Of a stretch of DNA of 64,000 bases, positions 12,368 through 27,013 are shown piece by piece. Positions within the stretch are counted from its first letter, which is position 1, and each line of letters begins with the position of its first letter. A program made the position numbers and the translations under genes. Source of the stretch: Phoronis australis (taxonomy: Eukaryota > Animalia > Phoronida); contig NMRA01000479.1 in assembly GCA_002633005.1 (NCBI GenBank), positions 27,091-91,090 of the forward strand. The letters run 5' to 3'. The notes beneath the pieces were generated by a model. That model did not search any database. It had not been told where the DNA came from and saw only the letters and a program-made list of their open reading frames with translations.

Positions 12368-15300
12368 ATAGCCACACTGCAATTGCTCACTTCAGGTTGG
12401 TACATTGCATCAGTTTCACGATATGGCGATAAAGATAAACCATTTGCTGATCTCGACAGTTTTCCTCTAATTTATTACCTAAACGGCCGCTGTTGCCAAA
12501 ATTTGACGTGCCCTTGATATGAGTCAGGTCTGATCTCAGTAGCCCAGAGTTGGCTGCGGGAGATGTGATGTACTCCATAAACTTATGGTTATGCATTAAA
12601 TATCACTCGTCATAAGCAATTAAGAACAGATAAAATTTGGACAACAAGTAACCATATTTATATACAAAGACCAAAGAGAATCAAAAAACAACCAAACAAA
12701 GTAGCAACGCATTTACGCTCACGGTGTTATCAACACGCTTTCAAGCACAACATGACCGTAATTCAGGAATCGTTCCTAAACTGATACCCAGGAACGGAAA
12801 TAGGCGGAAAAATTCGACAATTTTCTGATCTCGGCCAAGATGCAAATCTTTGCCCAAAAAGGCTTTTAGCTTGATAATAGAAAGGAGGTGAACATTATGC
12901 CATGCTACACATTTCCTAATTCTGCATATATTATTGATTTTTCGAAGCAGATTGCCCTTTTGAGATAAGGACTTTTAGGCGAACGCCACCCGAAGACAAG
13001 GATGTAAAAAGACCAAGTTTTCTTTTCTCACGAACTTTCCACACACTCTAAGAGCAAACTTAATCCAGTTATTGATGAGCAAAGGAGACGAGTCACAAAT
13101 TATATAGTCGGACGGCGATTAATATTAAAGGTTGGAAACAACACAGTGGGCGGAATCATGCACAACGGTGAGAGATGTCACCTTCGGTGATCGAGTTAGT
13201 TATTACCCCTCCGTGACTACGAGGACCGCCATGCAATTAGTCCACTCCGATGACTGCCTTAAAATGTTGACAAGAATTGCTTTTTAGATTTACTTATAAC
13301 GTGTCGAAAAGTGCTAACCATCTTTACTGTACCCGGTTGCATGAAACAGTCCCAAATATGGACTCAACCAAGTTCCCTAATTCTTTTCCGTATTTGCTTC
13401 GTTCCTGTCTCACAGGTGTAATATTTTCTGTTTTATTTATCTTTATTATGATTTCCTTTTGACTGTTGATATTTTCAAAAAAATATGACTAAAAATTTAT
13501 CCCTTAATTCAATCATAATAATTAGGGTCTCATTTCTTAAATTGGGAGGCGTTGCATGAAGCGATCCCTACTTATTTTCGATTATGTTGAGAATTCAACG
13601 TAAATTTCATTCTCTATTTGTATCAAAGCCAAACTTGATTTAGTAATGAGACTTAAACACTATAAGAAAAGATAATCAGTGTTTAAACAAGCCCACAAAT
13701 ACGCAGTAGATTTAGAGAACTTATTTAAGTCCGTATTGGGACTCTTTTATGCAACAGAGCACAGCGTACGATTGCTGAAGGTAAAAAGTTCATCTGATGC
13801 AGAAATTTGTTTCAATGTTGTTTTGAGTCAACACTAGCAAATTGTATATCTCGTGACTCTAATAAAGCAACTAGCTTATATGGCTAATGCAGGCAAAATA
13901 TGTGTTTAAGTAGCCGAGATTGGGGTACCAATTATTTTCACGAGACCGGAATCTCGTGAAAATACTCGCGTGACATGCATTTGTCATTTACATCGAATAC
14001 CCGCTTGGATGACTCATTATCTTGCGAGTCTGGGCAAACTTATGTTCTTATCTTTTGTGTTGCTAAACGCAAAAGTGTTATCAGATGGAGATGGTTCAAC
14101 GAGGACAACTTTCCGTATCAGTCAAGCAGCTGAAGTGTATAGCTTTAATATACACAGTTATTTTGTAGCAATGACTACCGATTTCGGTTACTTTTTGTGT
14201 TCTACGTATATTTGGAATCGTCGATTCCTTGAAAATGTTCATTTTTATGCTGTGATAGAGGAAATTGTTTATTACATTTCATGACCAGGCGCGCAACGCT
14301 CGATTATTGAGGACAAATAAAACAACAACAATAAATATGGGCGTTCAATAACTCATGATATACACCTTGAAATACGGAAAGTACGGCCAATCCATATACA
14401 ACGGTAGAGCCGTACGTATTTCACGGTTGGTGTGCAAATTGCTGGTGGAGAAGATTCGCACGCACAACGCCAAATTTGATTGATCTCGTTCACTTGTGTT
14501 GTACCTAAAACATTTATTCAAGGCGGCATTCCCGAAAAAGCGGTTTTACTGCTCTAAAACAACAAAAATTTACCGATGAAAATTCCGGTGCTCGGTGATC
14601 AGGGGGCTCATTTAGGTCTCACTAGTTTTAACCTGCCATCATAAATAGGTCAATTGCCTGCGAAATAGTGTGTCCCCGGCCAACAAAATCAGCCAAAAAC
14701 CTAATTCAAATCCAACGAAAACGTTTTGTTGTGGGTGCAGAACAATAATGCTCATAGCATATTGCGACTTAATATCGAGCATGTGTTTTTATTGACACAA
14801 TCGTCTGCTCGCAGCGTTTCTCTACTCTCCTTCGAGGGTAGCGTATAATCTACCTTTTCGTGATGCAGTCCTTACCTCAAGCTCTGCGAATCAGCAAAGT
14901 TTCCACCGTTATTTTCCAGTGATGTGATTAACACGGGGAAATGTTTCCATTACAATTTCCATTCCAGAAGTTAAAACACAAAAGTGGACCAAGAGCATGT
15001 GCGCACCCAGCCTAAAATATCATGGTTCGAGTTCTTGAAAATGTAGACTTTTTACTAACAAAAAACGGGGGATTAAAAATCGGGGGACTAAAAACGGGGT
15101 ACCACGTTCACGGCTATGAATTGTGCATTCGCGCTTTTTAGTGGAATTTTATCTCGTTTACCAGAGGCGGACAATTTTGAACATTTCGCCAAATGGGGGG
15201 TGGCTCATTCGCGCTCCCCGAGCCCCCCTCGATTCGCGCATGAAGAAAACTATGAAATCCATAGAAAAACGGCACACTGCTGCACAACTGTTCAGTTACT

Positions 15301-15742
15301 GTTTCAATTTTGATATTCCCGGATCGATTGTTTCTAAGTTTTCGATAAACGTTCAATATTATTGAATGGTTTGATATTTAAACTTGTATATTACACAAAC
15401 TGAAAAAATCTTAAGAATTTATAATGAAATATAACTTTACTGGATATTCTACACTTTCACAAATAATGCTGTCGCTTAACCGGCCCGGGCACCGTGCTGG
15501 GCACATGTGTGACGTCATATAACAACAAGACGAAACACACGGGAACAAGAAATCGCCACGATGAGGCCAAAAGGTCATATATATGGAATGAACAGGTTAT
15601 CCTACATGCGTAAAAATACTACTGAAATACCCTATCGAAAATTCATTTCATTCTGGAAATGTCCCAACGAGACCTACATTCTGAGATCAAATGAATACTC
15701 GAAAGGATATGGCAGCAGTATTCCAATGTATGTGGGTTAACC

Positions 15743-16530
15743 CATAGGCGGATTTAGGGGGGGACCCAGGGGGCCCGGCCCCCCTTGGCTGCCGCAAAAA
15801 AATAAAACAGCAAGAGCGTAGGGAAATGTTGAGTTTATTAATTTGCCCCGGTAATTAAAATTATACGGATGAAAAAAGTTTTATATGTGTGCAGNAAGTG
15901 TCAAATCCGGAACACGGCGCATTCGTAACGGAACTATGGCTAAATGTAGGCTCTCCCGCGATATCCCAGGCGACCGGCAGTGGCGCTGCGCAATACGACT
16001 CCGTTTCCATCGTATGCTCCACTGTACAATGAGGAAAATTTACTGGAACCTGAGTGACGATGAAAAAACAGAAGTTGCTGGTAAGATGTGAATTTTAATC
16101 GAAGCCTTAGTGAATCACTCAGAAACTCATTAATTCTCTCTTCGTCAAACCTTAACTTAAGACGATTTCCAAAGCAATCCCGTCATCACGAAAAACGGAT
16201 TTGGTCTTTTGGGCATTTGAAGACTATTTTAAATACAACAAATTTGTTAAGAACCGATTGCACAAAATATAAAACGTGTAATAAGCATTACAAAAAGAAG
16301 TAGGTTTCGCGCGCAAAGGCTGTGGACCATAAACAAGTAGGTCTCTTAGTTTATGTTTATTAGTGAAATCGTGGTGGTGTAGTGGTAAAGCACGCGCGTC
16401 CTATCAGCCAAACCCCCCTCCCGACCTCCCCCCATTCGGTGCTATGCGCATCTACAATCGTGGTTTGCGCAAATGCTTACAGCCGGACAAAATGTTGGCC
16501 CCCCCTTGTGATATCCTAGATCCGCCACTG
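15743..16530. mobile_element. hAT-like non-autonomous element (MITE)
   Basis: Ends cataggcggatttaggggg / cctagatccgccactg with GC-rich subterminal hairpins. Confidence 0.5.
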
Positions 16531-17192
16531 TAGATGTAGGTTAAACCCACATCTACATGTATACCACATGCGCCTTGATTTAGCGCTGCAATAACCGTGC
16601 CACGTTTGCATGCAATAACCCAAAGGGTTATCGTACGATCACGTGACCATAAAAATAACTATTGCCACGTGACCAAACCAAAACAGAACTAATTTCTACG
16701 ACTGGACTTCCTAAGCTTCAACCTGATCAACCACGGCTTAAGTTGAATAAGTTACATGAATTTACGTTCACTATACATTTCAAAAACTAAACACATGTAA
16801 TGCACTGGAGGGCATTAGAATAAACCTTTCACGACAGCTAGTAAACAAAGCCGGTGAAAACTGATCCTTGTAAACGTCAGTGGTAACTACAATATCATTA
16901 TGTTTTCATTATTTTCTGGTGTAAAAATAACACCAGTAATGTTCAATTAAACTCAATCAAAACTGTTTATTATATGACACAAATTTATCGATAAATCGAC
17001 AGGCTCTGTCGCCTCAGGTGCGGGACCGAAGCCGAAACCAGGAACACATCAAACTACTAAGGTTAAATTAGCCATAGCTTGACCAATTCGAATGAGGAGA
17101 GCTGGATTTAGAGGAGGTGTTACAGTCTGAGGTACCTATAGTGGCAGATATGGTAACCAAGTTGACGAATTGGAAGACCAACAATTACCGAG

Positions 17193-19952
17193 TAGTTGAG
17201 TCGAAAAATGCCCCCTGTGCACCCCCCTGACTTTTAAGTTGCATATTTGCAAAGCAAAATATGTGTGAAAACCATGAAAAGATGTTAACAAGCCGAAAAA
17301 GTGTCCCACGTGCGTTTTTATGCAAATTAGTGTAGCCATTACCGATTTTTCGTTACTTGATGATAGCTCACTTTCTTATTCTTGTAAGTGAACAAATTAA
17401 GTGTCAAAACCGATATTTTAAGGGTCAAGCATTACGATGGAATAATTTTCTTCATAACCTATTGCATCTAATTTGTATTATGCGGTTACTTACAATCAAT
17501 AATACACTGAAAGTGTGCATAAGCCAATGTAAACACTAAATGAGCAACTTTCAGTGTTTATATAATCAGCTCTTTAATGAGCCAAATTTCAACAAATGTT
17601 TGAAATGTCTCAAGAAAAAAAACTTGGGCAAATGGTTGCAGAAATATGGAAAATCATTAGGTGTTGATGTCACTGATTACATGTTCTAACACTCCATGTC
17701 ACTTTCATTGCTTTCCGTGAAACTCCCATACAGTTCTCCACTTTCCTCTTCTGTGCTACTTCACAAACATTGGTGAGCAAGAAATCAATCAGTAAGTTTG
17801 GTAAGATAGGACCACACGATCACACAGCTTGTAACACTCTTTCGTCAGTCTGCATCCTCCACACTTGTCCTTCGTCTTGACTGCTCAATTATGGGTTCGC
17901 AAGCACGCTGGTACAAGGTGATACGGTGATTTACTCGTTGGATGTGAGGTTTCAGTGCAGACTGGCAGAGGGGAAGTCGAGCAAGGTCAATCTTGGACTT
18001 GTAAGGATTACATCTTCACCAACCATTTTGCGTAACATCTTGGCATGAGTAGCATCTATCGATGACTCACGACTCTGACAGTACATCAGGCAATTGAACT
18101 CTACCAACTTACATCCCAATCAACGTCAGCTTGCTTGAATGCAAGGTGAAATTTTGGATTCATTTCTAGCTTTTTAAGGGGGCCAACCTTTCCTTTACGT
18201 TTAAACGCACTGGTGCAATCTTCTCCAGTGTATACATAAAATCCAAGTAGAGCTTAACAGTAGTCTTTTCCCAATTATTTCGCCATGTCGGAGAGATTCA
18301 GTAGTCGCCGATGTTTTCCAGACCCTGTATCTAGATATACAATTGACTTTATAGCATGCCTGCAGTAGAATGACAAAGACACCAGTGTCAGGGATTCTGA
18401 CGACGTCGTTTCTGTACCCAAGTGAGGCAGCGTACTGGAGGTACAAAACAATTCTTAAGCCAGTCTCTTATTGGTTACTGCAGATATGTGGAATCTCCTG
18501 AGTATGAACATCAAATCACATTTATTATTACATTATGACATCGCAAATTAGTTAAGTAAGAAATACTCAGAAAGTTCTGTTCAGAAAAAAGATTATGGAT
18601 GCCTTTCTACAATCAGGATGGCCGTCTCGGTTTTCTCCAACCTGGAAACTGCCTTATCACCACTCCAGACCTGCAGTAACAGTTGACAGAGTTGCTTTTT
18701 GTTGTCATCGTTTGCAAGAAAGATTTTGAAGTCATACGGCTTTTGTGTAGCTGATCCACTCAAAATTATTTTCTTTTAACTGCAAAATTACCACATGTCA
18801 GAGGGAGAATAGCTAACGCGTGGAGAAGTACAAAACCATCTTGGGTGAATAGAACATCCTCAGGATAATGAAAGTCTTCTGGCGAAATGTCGTTCAGAAG
18901 ATAATGCGAAATGGAGGCTTTGTTGGTCTTGGAAAAAATACGTGTTGTTCCAAGACTAGGGTGCAGAAAATGCACTCAGGTGGGAAATGACCACAATGGT
19001 GCATGATGTTCATAGTTTATGCTGCGAATTGTGCACTTGGGAGCTTGGTGCTTCTGGGCCTTCACTGTCCTCCAAGCAGTGAAGTTTGGCAGTAAAATGT
19101 TAATAACTTTCTCTGTGATAACCCATTTTCTTCCAATTTACTTGGAAGAACAGAAGGAATATGATCACACACAGGCTGCGTACAATGTGAGGAATCATAT
19201 GGACGTTTGTCCCGAAATTTAATGAAGCTGATGCAGTTTTTCGCTTGCTGTTAATCTGGCATTGCTTAAGATTTTAAAATCGCCGTGTTCATTTATACAG
19301 TCTAAACGGAGAATGGATATGGGTACAGAGTATTCTTTGATGTCAGTAGATAAGCTTCGAACTCAGTGTTTTCTTATAGGGATGATTTTTACATCTGCGT
19401 GGGAAGCTGCCTTAATTTCGAATGTAGTCCTATGTTCCATGTCCCCAGCATTAGATTCGCACTGATTGACATACATGTCAACAACCCATTTATATATTTT
19501 GATGTTAGTTTGCATTCTAAAGCTTTGAACTGCAGTGACACAGTTTGTTTTTATGGATGGGTCAACATCAAAGTCCTGAATTTGGATAAAAATAGAAGAC
19601 TAATGCCCCACACAGTACTTCTGCCCCATGTGTTGAGCGTTTTATACCTGTACCATGTTCAAGATAGCTTGTATTACTTACTTGTTGTTCTAATGTAATG
19701 TTTGACCCACAAAACATAAGTCCAAACCTTTAGTTCTTTCAATTATATGAAATAGTCGGCGACATATTGCGAAATAACGCAAAATCGTAAGTGGCGGCAC
19801 TAATTTGCATAAAAAAACATACGAGGGACATTTTTTCAGCTTGTTAACATCATTTGTCTGTTTTCACACATATTTTCCTTCATAAAAATTCAACTTAGAA
19901 GTTGAAGTCCGGGGGGGGGGTGCACGGAGGGCCATTTTTGTCGACTAGACTA
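17193..19952 (-). mobile_element. Academ-type (AcademX-like) DNA transposon remnant
   Basis: About 150-bp imperfect TIRs with TAG...CTA ends and 3-bp TSD GAG. Internal decayed XPG/FEN1-like motifs: PDTGVFVILL, YTGEDCTSAFKRKGK, LPLCQSALKPHIQRVN. Confidence 0.75.
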
Positions 19953-21582
19953 GAGTAACATCGGGGAATTTTTGAAACCTGGCTTTTCATTGTCGTTGTA
20001 TTCTTACGCGTATTCGCCAAAGAAAGAAGAAATTAAGAAGATCTTAAGTATGTGATATAAATATGTGCACGTGTGAGTATGTTCACTTGGCCTTCGGCTC
20101 CGTGAAAATACTCACACGGTGCACCAATCTGCACTAATGAAAACATCCTTATAGACCCAATTCACGTGGCGGACATTAAAATCCAAAGTGAGGCTCACTG
20201 CGATAAACAAAGCGGAAATTTAGATTGGGTGAGTTAAATGGCCGGTCTTTGGAGTCCAACCTGAATATCAAATTTAAAAAAATATGTCAATAATTAACCA
20301 CAGAGACGTAGAAAAATACAGTTAAAGAACGAGTTAATGCCCCAAAGAGTTGTCTGACGAAAGGATGTAAGTTTTTTTCCGGAAACCTAGGTTCGAAACA
20401 TGAAAAGTAAACATGACCAAATTGCAGCGATCGTAGTGTTACGGATTAAGTATCATGCTGAATGCAGGGTTACGTTTCTTCTAATAAATTCTTGATAAAA
20501 ATGCTTTCTACACGAACCGGGTCATCTGGTCGTATTGTTGACGAGTTGAAGAAATATTCGACAGTTGTGGCTCATAGCATTTTGCTGTCATGTGCAACTA
20601 GTCACATCTGGTTTAATTTGTTGATCAAGAGTAGGCCTATTAGCTTTAAGCATAGCCTAGATCCTGGTGAGGTAGGCACTGCCGGGACTAACAGTTGATT
20701 TGTCATTGATCTGAAATAATACTTGATGTTATTAAATATATATTTTGATTACGATAACAAACCAGGCTCGCAATTGAAAATAAAAATTATATGACCATCA
20801 ATTCTGCTTTCTTGGTTTTAATTATTACGTCTATTTCATGTGTTATATTTTTCAAATATCAATCTCGACCATGTTGAATTCTAAAATTAAAACACCTTAT
20901 TATTTCGTCCAAAGCATAACCTCGTTTTAGAGCTCAATTTCAGTTAACTGGACAGAACACAGTGGCGGGTTTAGAGGGGAGGCAAGAGAGCCATGCCCCC
21001 CTAANGACGATCTCACATTGAGGTAAGTATGTGGGGACATTGATTGTTTTGAACTTGTCATTATAAACTTTTGTACCAATCCTATTCACTCACTCTGCTT
21101 CATTGTGCCGTTAGCACCTTCGTTGACAATTGTTGCTTTTTCCAAGTTGATGGGCACATAGCAGTGCTTCCAAACTGAGACCGCAGGGCTTTAAATGATA
21201 CTCTGTGTACTTGTTTACAGTGAGGTTGTCTACTCAAATAACTCTTACTGAAGAAGTTGGGTCTAAAGACAAATTATAATTTTTGCCTTTTTAGACTGTT
21301 AAGGATGACAGAAATTGCTGACCAGTGCCTGGCAAAATATTTATTATTTTGTTATATTATTTTGTAATAATATTATTGCACTTGACATTGAATTTTATTT
21401 TAAATCACGCGGCATTCATAGTCAGCATTCTTGTCAATATTAAAGCTATAACTTTAAGGTCACAGTAGCAGTTCAAAGTATAACATGTCAACTCTTGCAA
21501 TGTTTGCCTCTAGAGAAGCAGAGTGCTGGTGCAAGGACATAGCTGTAACAACTCTGGAGTTTCCTGAGATGTATGTGATGAT

Positions 21583-21889
21583 ACTTGTACAGCTGCTTAC
21601 TAGAGGCACAAGTCTACTGCCCCCTTCATTCAGGTGTCTAGATGGCTTCTGTGTAAGTAGTGGGCACCATCCATAAGTACAAGACTTGTACAGCTGCTTA
21701 CTAGAGGCACAAGTCTACTGCCTCCTTCATTCAGGTGTCTAGATGGCTTCTGTGTAAGTAGTGGGCACCATCCATAAGTACAAGACTTGTACAGCTGCTT
21801 ACTAGAGGCACAAGTCTACTGCCCCCTTCATTCAGGTGTCTAGATGGCTTCTGTGTAAGTAGTGGGCATCATCCATGAGTACAAGACTT
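21583..21889. repeat. 101-bp tandem repeat x3
   Basis: cttgtacagctgcttactagagg... at 21584, 21685 and 21786. Confidence 0.95.
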
Positions 21890-22109
21890 AAGCTAGTAAA
21901 GCTAGCATAATCACGCGCTTCACTTCTGATAAATTGTGATATCTCACGAAGACTGAAATTCATTTGATTATAGTCAGCCATTTTAGCTACAGAACCTTTA
22001 TAGCAATAGTGCTTGTGTTTTAAAAATTCTGGTCAATAGAAAATTAGATAATGAACACTTCAGAAAATGTTTTGTTTTAAACTTGTCAAGGATATTTTGT
22101 ATGAAGACT

Positions 22110-22350
22110 GGTGTGCTAACATAGGCACGAAAGTATCTGATTAAAACATGAGTTGATCAGTAACTATTGCTGTCCGAACACAGCCACAAAACTCTATCTG
22201 ATTATAGCATGAGTTGATCAGTAGCCATTCTTGTGCTAACGCAGGCACAAAACTTTATCAGTTCGACATTAGTTGATCAGTATCCATTGTTGTGCTAATA
22301 CAGGCACAACATTCTATCCATTGTATTTAAAACATGACTTGATCAGTAGT
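22110..22350. repeat. Degenerate tandem repeat of about 60 bp x4
   Basis: Recurrent tgtgctaac..ggcacaa and gagttgatcagta. Confidence 0.75.
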
Positions 22351-23138
22351 CATTCCAGTAAAGCATGCTCTTTTAGGAAAAGAAGGATCATATAGCGTGA
22401 TGTGGCTGACGTTTGAGTAACATGTTGACACTCAAAATATAATTGTTGGTCTCAATTCTTTTGACAGATGGGACTTCTAAACAGGTGACAGTAGGAGTTA
22501 GTTTTGGCCAAGATGAAGATGACATTAAAAGAGATGTGTTTTGCTGAAGGCGACCTGTGCCATCAAGGATTATGAAAAGGTTTTGTGTCAAATCCGTGAA
22601 AACTAAGCTGCTGTCACATGACTGGCTGACCACATCACATGATAGGGAGATGTGTACAAGTTTGTGGGTGACTGACTGACCCCGTCACCTTTTTGAGTAG
22701 TTTTAAGATCTATGCGTACTGTTACTAGGGTTGCATCGTTAGTTCAAGTTCCAAACTGCAATAAATTAAGTTCGGGGTGGGGAATCGAGTTGTATAGGAA
22801 GTCAGTGAAGTCCACTCGGTCCATGGTGTTAAATTATTGATACAAACTCTTAAGTGGGCTTGACCACAAAACTTGAATCATAGTGAAATGATGTTTCAAG
22901 TGACTTTTTAAAGTCTTAAAAGATCGTAATAGAAAATCAGTGCAAGAATGTAAAGATTAGATTTGATGTTTCATTTTTATTTGCAAATGTATCATTGGGA
23001 AGTAATTGTTATTCTGAACTCAAAAGGAAGATATGATATTGTAAAAACAGAATATCATTTTTGAGTATTAAGTGCTTTTGGTTCTTCAGTATTCAGCAAG
23101 AGAGTATAAATTCCTTAGTTTGGTCACAGAATAGTGTT

Positions 23139-23352
23139 GAGAGAGAGAGAGAGGTTGTTTATTGCACTTGGAGCTAAGCTCATTTGTACATATTACATTG
23201 CAACATTTGGTATAGGTGGCAATTTCATGTCCGGGTATTCAATACATATATACATATTTACACATTACAATGTTAGAGTTTCCTGTCTAATACCATAAGC
23301 CTTTAATATAAATAAGGATTATTTAGTCTTTTCAAAAGATTTCCAGAGTTTG
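23139..23352 (-). mobile_element. 5'-truncated LINE insertion with (CT)n tail
   Basis: 19-bp direct repeat TTGGTCACAGAATAGTGTT at 23120-23138 and 23353-23371; minus strand ends AATAAAcaac(CT)n. Confidence 0.65.
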
Positions 23353-24035
23353 TTGGTCACAGAATAGTGTTACTATTTGTGGTCTGAACCAGACTTACTT
23401 TGAAACCTGCACCTCTCAGCTGACACTAGGTGGTGCAGGGTGAAAAAAGAGGGATCACGACCCAAATCAACTGACAAATCAAAAGCATTTTATGCAGGCA
23501 GATAAACAAATATAACAATAGATATAAATAGAATCATTACTGAAGGATATCAAAATTACGCAACATAATTTCTATGATATAACAGCATGATAGTACTTTA
23601 ATTGGATATTAAACGATCTGATATTACAAACACAAAAACACACAAAGGCTATATCAATGAGGCATGCTAGGAAGTAAATCAATGAGGTGATGCTTGGAAA
23701 GGCTATTTCAATGAAGCGATGCAGGGAAAATAATGACCTACCCATTTCAGCTGGCACAGGGTGACTTTCTTGTTGAAAATATGGAAAAATAAAAAGTATC
23801 GTATCACTGCATCAATTTTTAAGAAAACAGGCGATGCGTAATTTGTGAATCTGAGTACTGGCAGTTTTTGCTTTTAAAATCCAATTTTTCCATTCCAGTT
23901 GGTATTGATTAATATTCTTGGAGACTGAAATTAATGATTTTTTACCACAACATGGCAAATGACTGCTCTTTGGCTCAAGGTTATTTCCATTAAGTAACCA
24001 GTTCTATCCTGGATTATGTCTTGCACCTGCACAAA

Positions 24036-25862
24036 CAACAGTTACTTGAACTACACATCTGTACAGTCAAATAACAGTTACTTGAGCTACACATCTGTAT
24101 AGTAAAATAACAGTTACTTGAGCTACACATCTGTACAGTCAAATGACAGTTACTTGAGCTACACATCTGTAGTCAAATGACAGTTACTTGAGCTACACAT
24201 CTGTACAGTCAAGTGACAGTTACTTGAGCTACAAATCTGTACAATGAAATAATAGTTACTTGAGCTACACATCTGTACAGTCAAATAACAGTTACTTGAG
24301 CTACACATCTGTACAGTCAAATGACAGTTACTTGAGCTACACATCTGTAGAGTCAAATAACAGTTACTTGAGCTACACATCTGTACAGTCAAATAACAGT
24401 TACTTGAGCTACACATCTGTACAGTCAAATGACAGTTACTTGAGCTACACATCTGTACAGTCAAATGACAGTTACTTGAGCTACACATCTGTACAGTCAA
24501 ATGACAGTTACTTGAGCTACACATCTGTACAGTCAAATGACAGTTACTTGAGCTACACATCTGTACAGTCAAATGACAGTTACTTGAGCTACACATCTGT
24601 ACAGTCAAATGACAGTTACTTGAGCTACACATCTGTACAGTCAAATGACAGTTACTTGAGCTACACATCTGTACAGTCAAATGACAGTTACTTGAGCTAC
24701 ACATCTGTACAGTCAAATGACAGTTACTTGAGCTACACATCTGTACAGTCAAATGACAGTTACTTGAGCTACACATCTGTACAGTCAAATGACAGTTACT
24801 TGAGCTACACATCTGTACAGTCAAATGACAGTTACTTGAGCTACACATCTGTACAGTCAAATGACAGTTACTTGAGCTACACATCTGTACAGTCAAATGA
24901 CAGTTACTTGAGCTACACATCTGTACAGTCAAATGACAGTTACTTGAGCTACACATCTGTACAGTCAAATGACAGTTACTTGAGCTACACATCTGTACAG
25001 TCAAATGACAGTTACTTGAGCTACACATCTGTACAGTCAAATGACAGTTACTTGAGCTACACATCTGTACAGTCAAATGACAGTTACTTGAACTACACAT
25101 CTGTACAGTCAAATAACAGTTACTTGAGCTACACATCTGTACAGTCAAATGACAGTTACTTGAACTACACATCTGTACAGTCAAATAACAGTTACTTGAG
25201 CTACACATCTGTACAGTCAAATGACAGTTACTTGAGCTACACATCTGTACAGTCAAATAACAGTTACTTGAGCTACACATCTGTACAGTCAAATGACAGT
25301 TACTTGAGCTACACATCTGTACAGTCAAATAACAGTTACTTGAGCTACACATCTGTACAGTCAAATGACAGTTACTTGAACTACACATCTGTACAGTCAA
25401 ATAACAGTTACTTGAGCTACACATCTGTACAGTCAAATGACAGTTACTTGAGCTACACATCTGTACAGTCAAATAACAGTTACTTGAGCTACACATCTGT
25501 ACAGTCAAATGACAGTTACTTGAACTACACATCTGTACAGTCAAATAACAGTTACTTGAGCTACACATATGTGCAGTCAAATAACAGTTACTTGAGCTAC
25601 ACATATGTGCAGTCAAATAACAGTTACTTGAGCTACACATCTGTACAGTCAAATAACAGTTACTTGAGCTACACATCTGTACAATGAAATAACAGTTACT
25701 TGAGCTACACATCCGTACAGTCGAATAACAGTTACTTGAGCTACACATATGTACAGTCAAATGACAGTTACTTGAGCTACACATCTGTAGTCAAGTAACA
25801 GTTACTTGAGCTACACATCTGTACAGTCAAATAACAGTTAGTTGAGCTAGACATCTGCTGTC
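24036..25862. repeat. 36-bp tandem array, about 50 copies
   Basis: Unit CAGTTACTTGAGCTACACATCTGTACAGTCAAAT(G/A)A; homogeneous centre, diverged edges. Confidence 0.98.
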
Positions 25863-26639
25863 AAACAATGGGAGGCTTTGAAACTCTCCAAGACTTAGGT
25901 GACTGCTGAGATCCACTAAATGTGGGTTTATAAAGACAATGGCATGCCAACAGAATCTCTTGCAGGACTTACAGTAGTATGAGTAACACTTGGCCTACGA
26001 GGATTGACAGGATTTTGCACATTTTCATGCCCATCACTATCATTCACAAATGGCATGCCTTCGAAATTCTTCAGTATCCAGTGATACTAGTCCACCCGCA
26101 GTCTGACCTGCAGGGTTATCAAGATTCTTACTAACATATTAGGAGCAACTCAATAGATGGCAGTAGTGAATGTTGTGGTAGACTGTAACAACGTAGGTAT
26201 GTCTGTTGCTCCAACAAACAACTTGGCTTGTATAAAATCCAACAAATCTGCCATGAAAAGTGTTTCTTACCAAATGCCAAACAACTCAGCTGACACACTT
26301 TTTGTCCTGTTACTGTCTACATAAATGAGAAAGTGTGTAGGATGACAACATCACATATTCTGCCAAGTTGTCTGCTGACTTGAGGCTCTGCACTTCGCTT
26401 ATTATTTGCTATAAAAGGATACTAAACCCAGTCTTGATGATTTTAACCAATCATCCTCATTGTGCCACCTGTCCATGCATCACTGGTACCCTCTTGAATA
26501 TTGAACGGAGAGTTAAAGTTCTTGGTGGGTGGGGTGGTATTTCCCTAGAGTTGTGCTACACAGTGTAGCTCTCCTAAAGCGTACATCACCCTTGCCTGTT
26601 TAGCAAATTTTGCTCCAAAAATTTGAGGGTCATCGAAGG

Positions 26640-27013
26640 TTAAAAAAAAATAACAGTGCAGGTGGTCTGATGTCATTTGCCGTGCATCAGACATGCGCAG
26701 GCCTCATGGTTGGGCCCATTGCACAAAACACCTGAGCAAAGGCACGAGACCCCAATTATGGCTCCTCGTGAAGAAAGTTTTCAAGTCTGCCAGTCTCCTT
26801 TAGGAAAACGGACAGACGTTTCCATTTGTTGCCATGCACTATATGTAGTGGGCATGTAACAGTGCCATCCAGTAGGTTGCTCCTTAGCCTATAAAAAGCT
26901 GGGCAAGACTCTACCAGGTGTTTAGGAAATTCTACGTCAGTACCACACTCAGGACACACAGGGCTCCCCATATGCCCAGTAATGTGTCTGTGTCGGGCTA
27001 GGTTACAGTGCAC
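26640..27013 (-). mobile_element. Non-LTR retrotransposon 3' fragment
   Basis: C-terminal CX2CX8HX4C knuckle (CPECGTDVEFPKHLVESCP) preceded by HCNLARH, as in LINE ORF2 tails. Confidence 0.65.

Noticed and set aside
16370-16410. tRNA gene (gtggtgtagtggtaaagcac)
   Set aside because: Only an A-box-like 5' fragment with no T-arm; lies inside a repeat.
24036-25862. CRISPR-like array of 36-bp repeats
   Set aside because: Repeats are head-to-tail with no unique spacers, there are no cas genes, and the context is eukaryotic.
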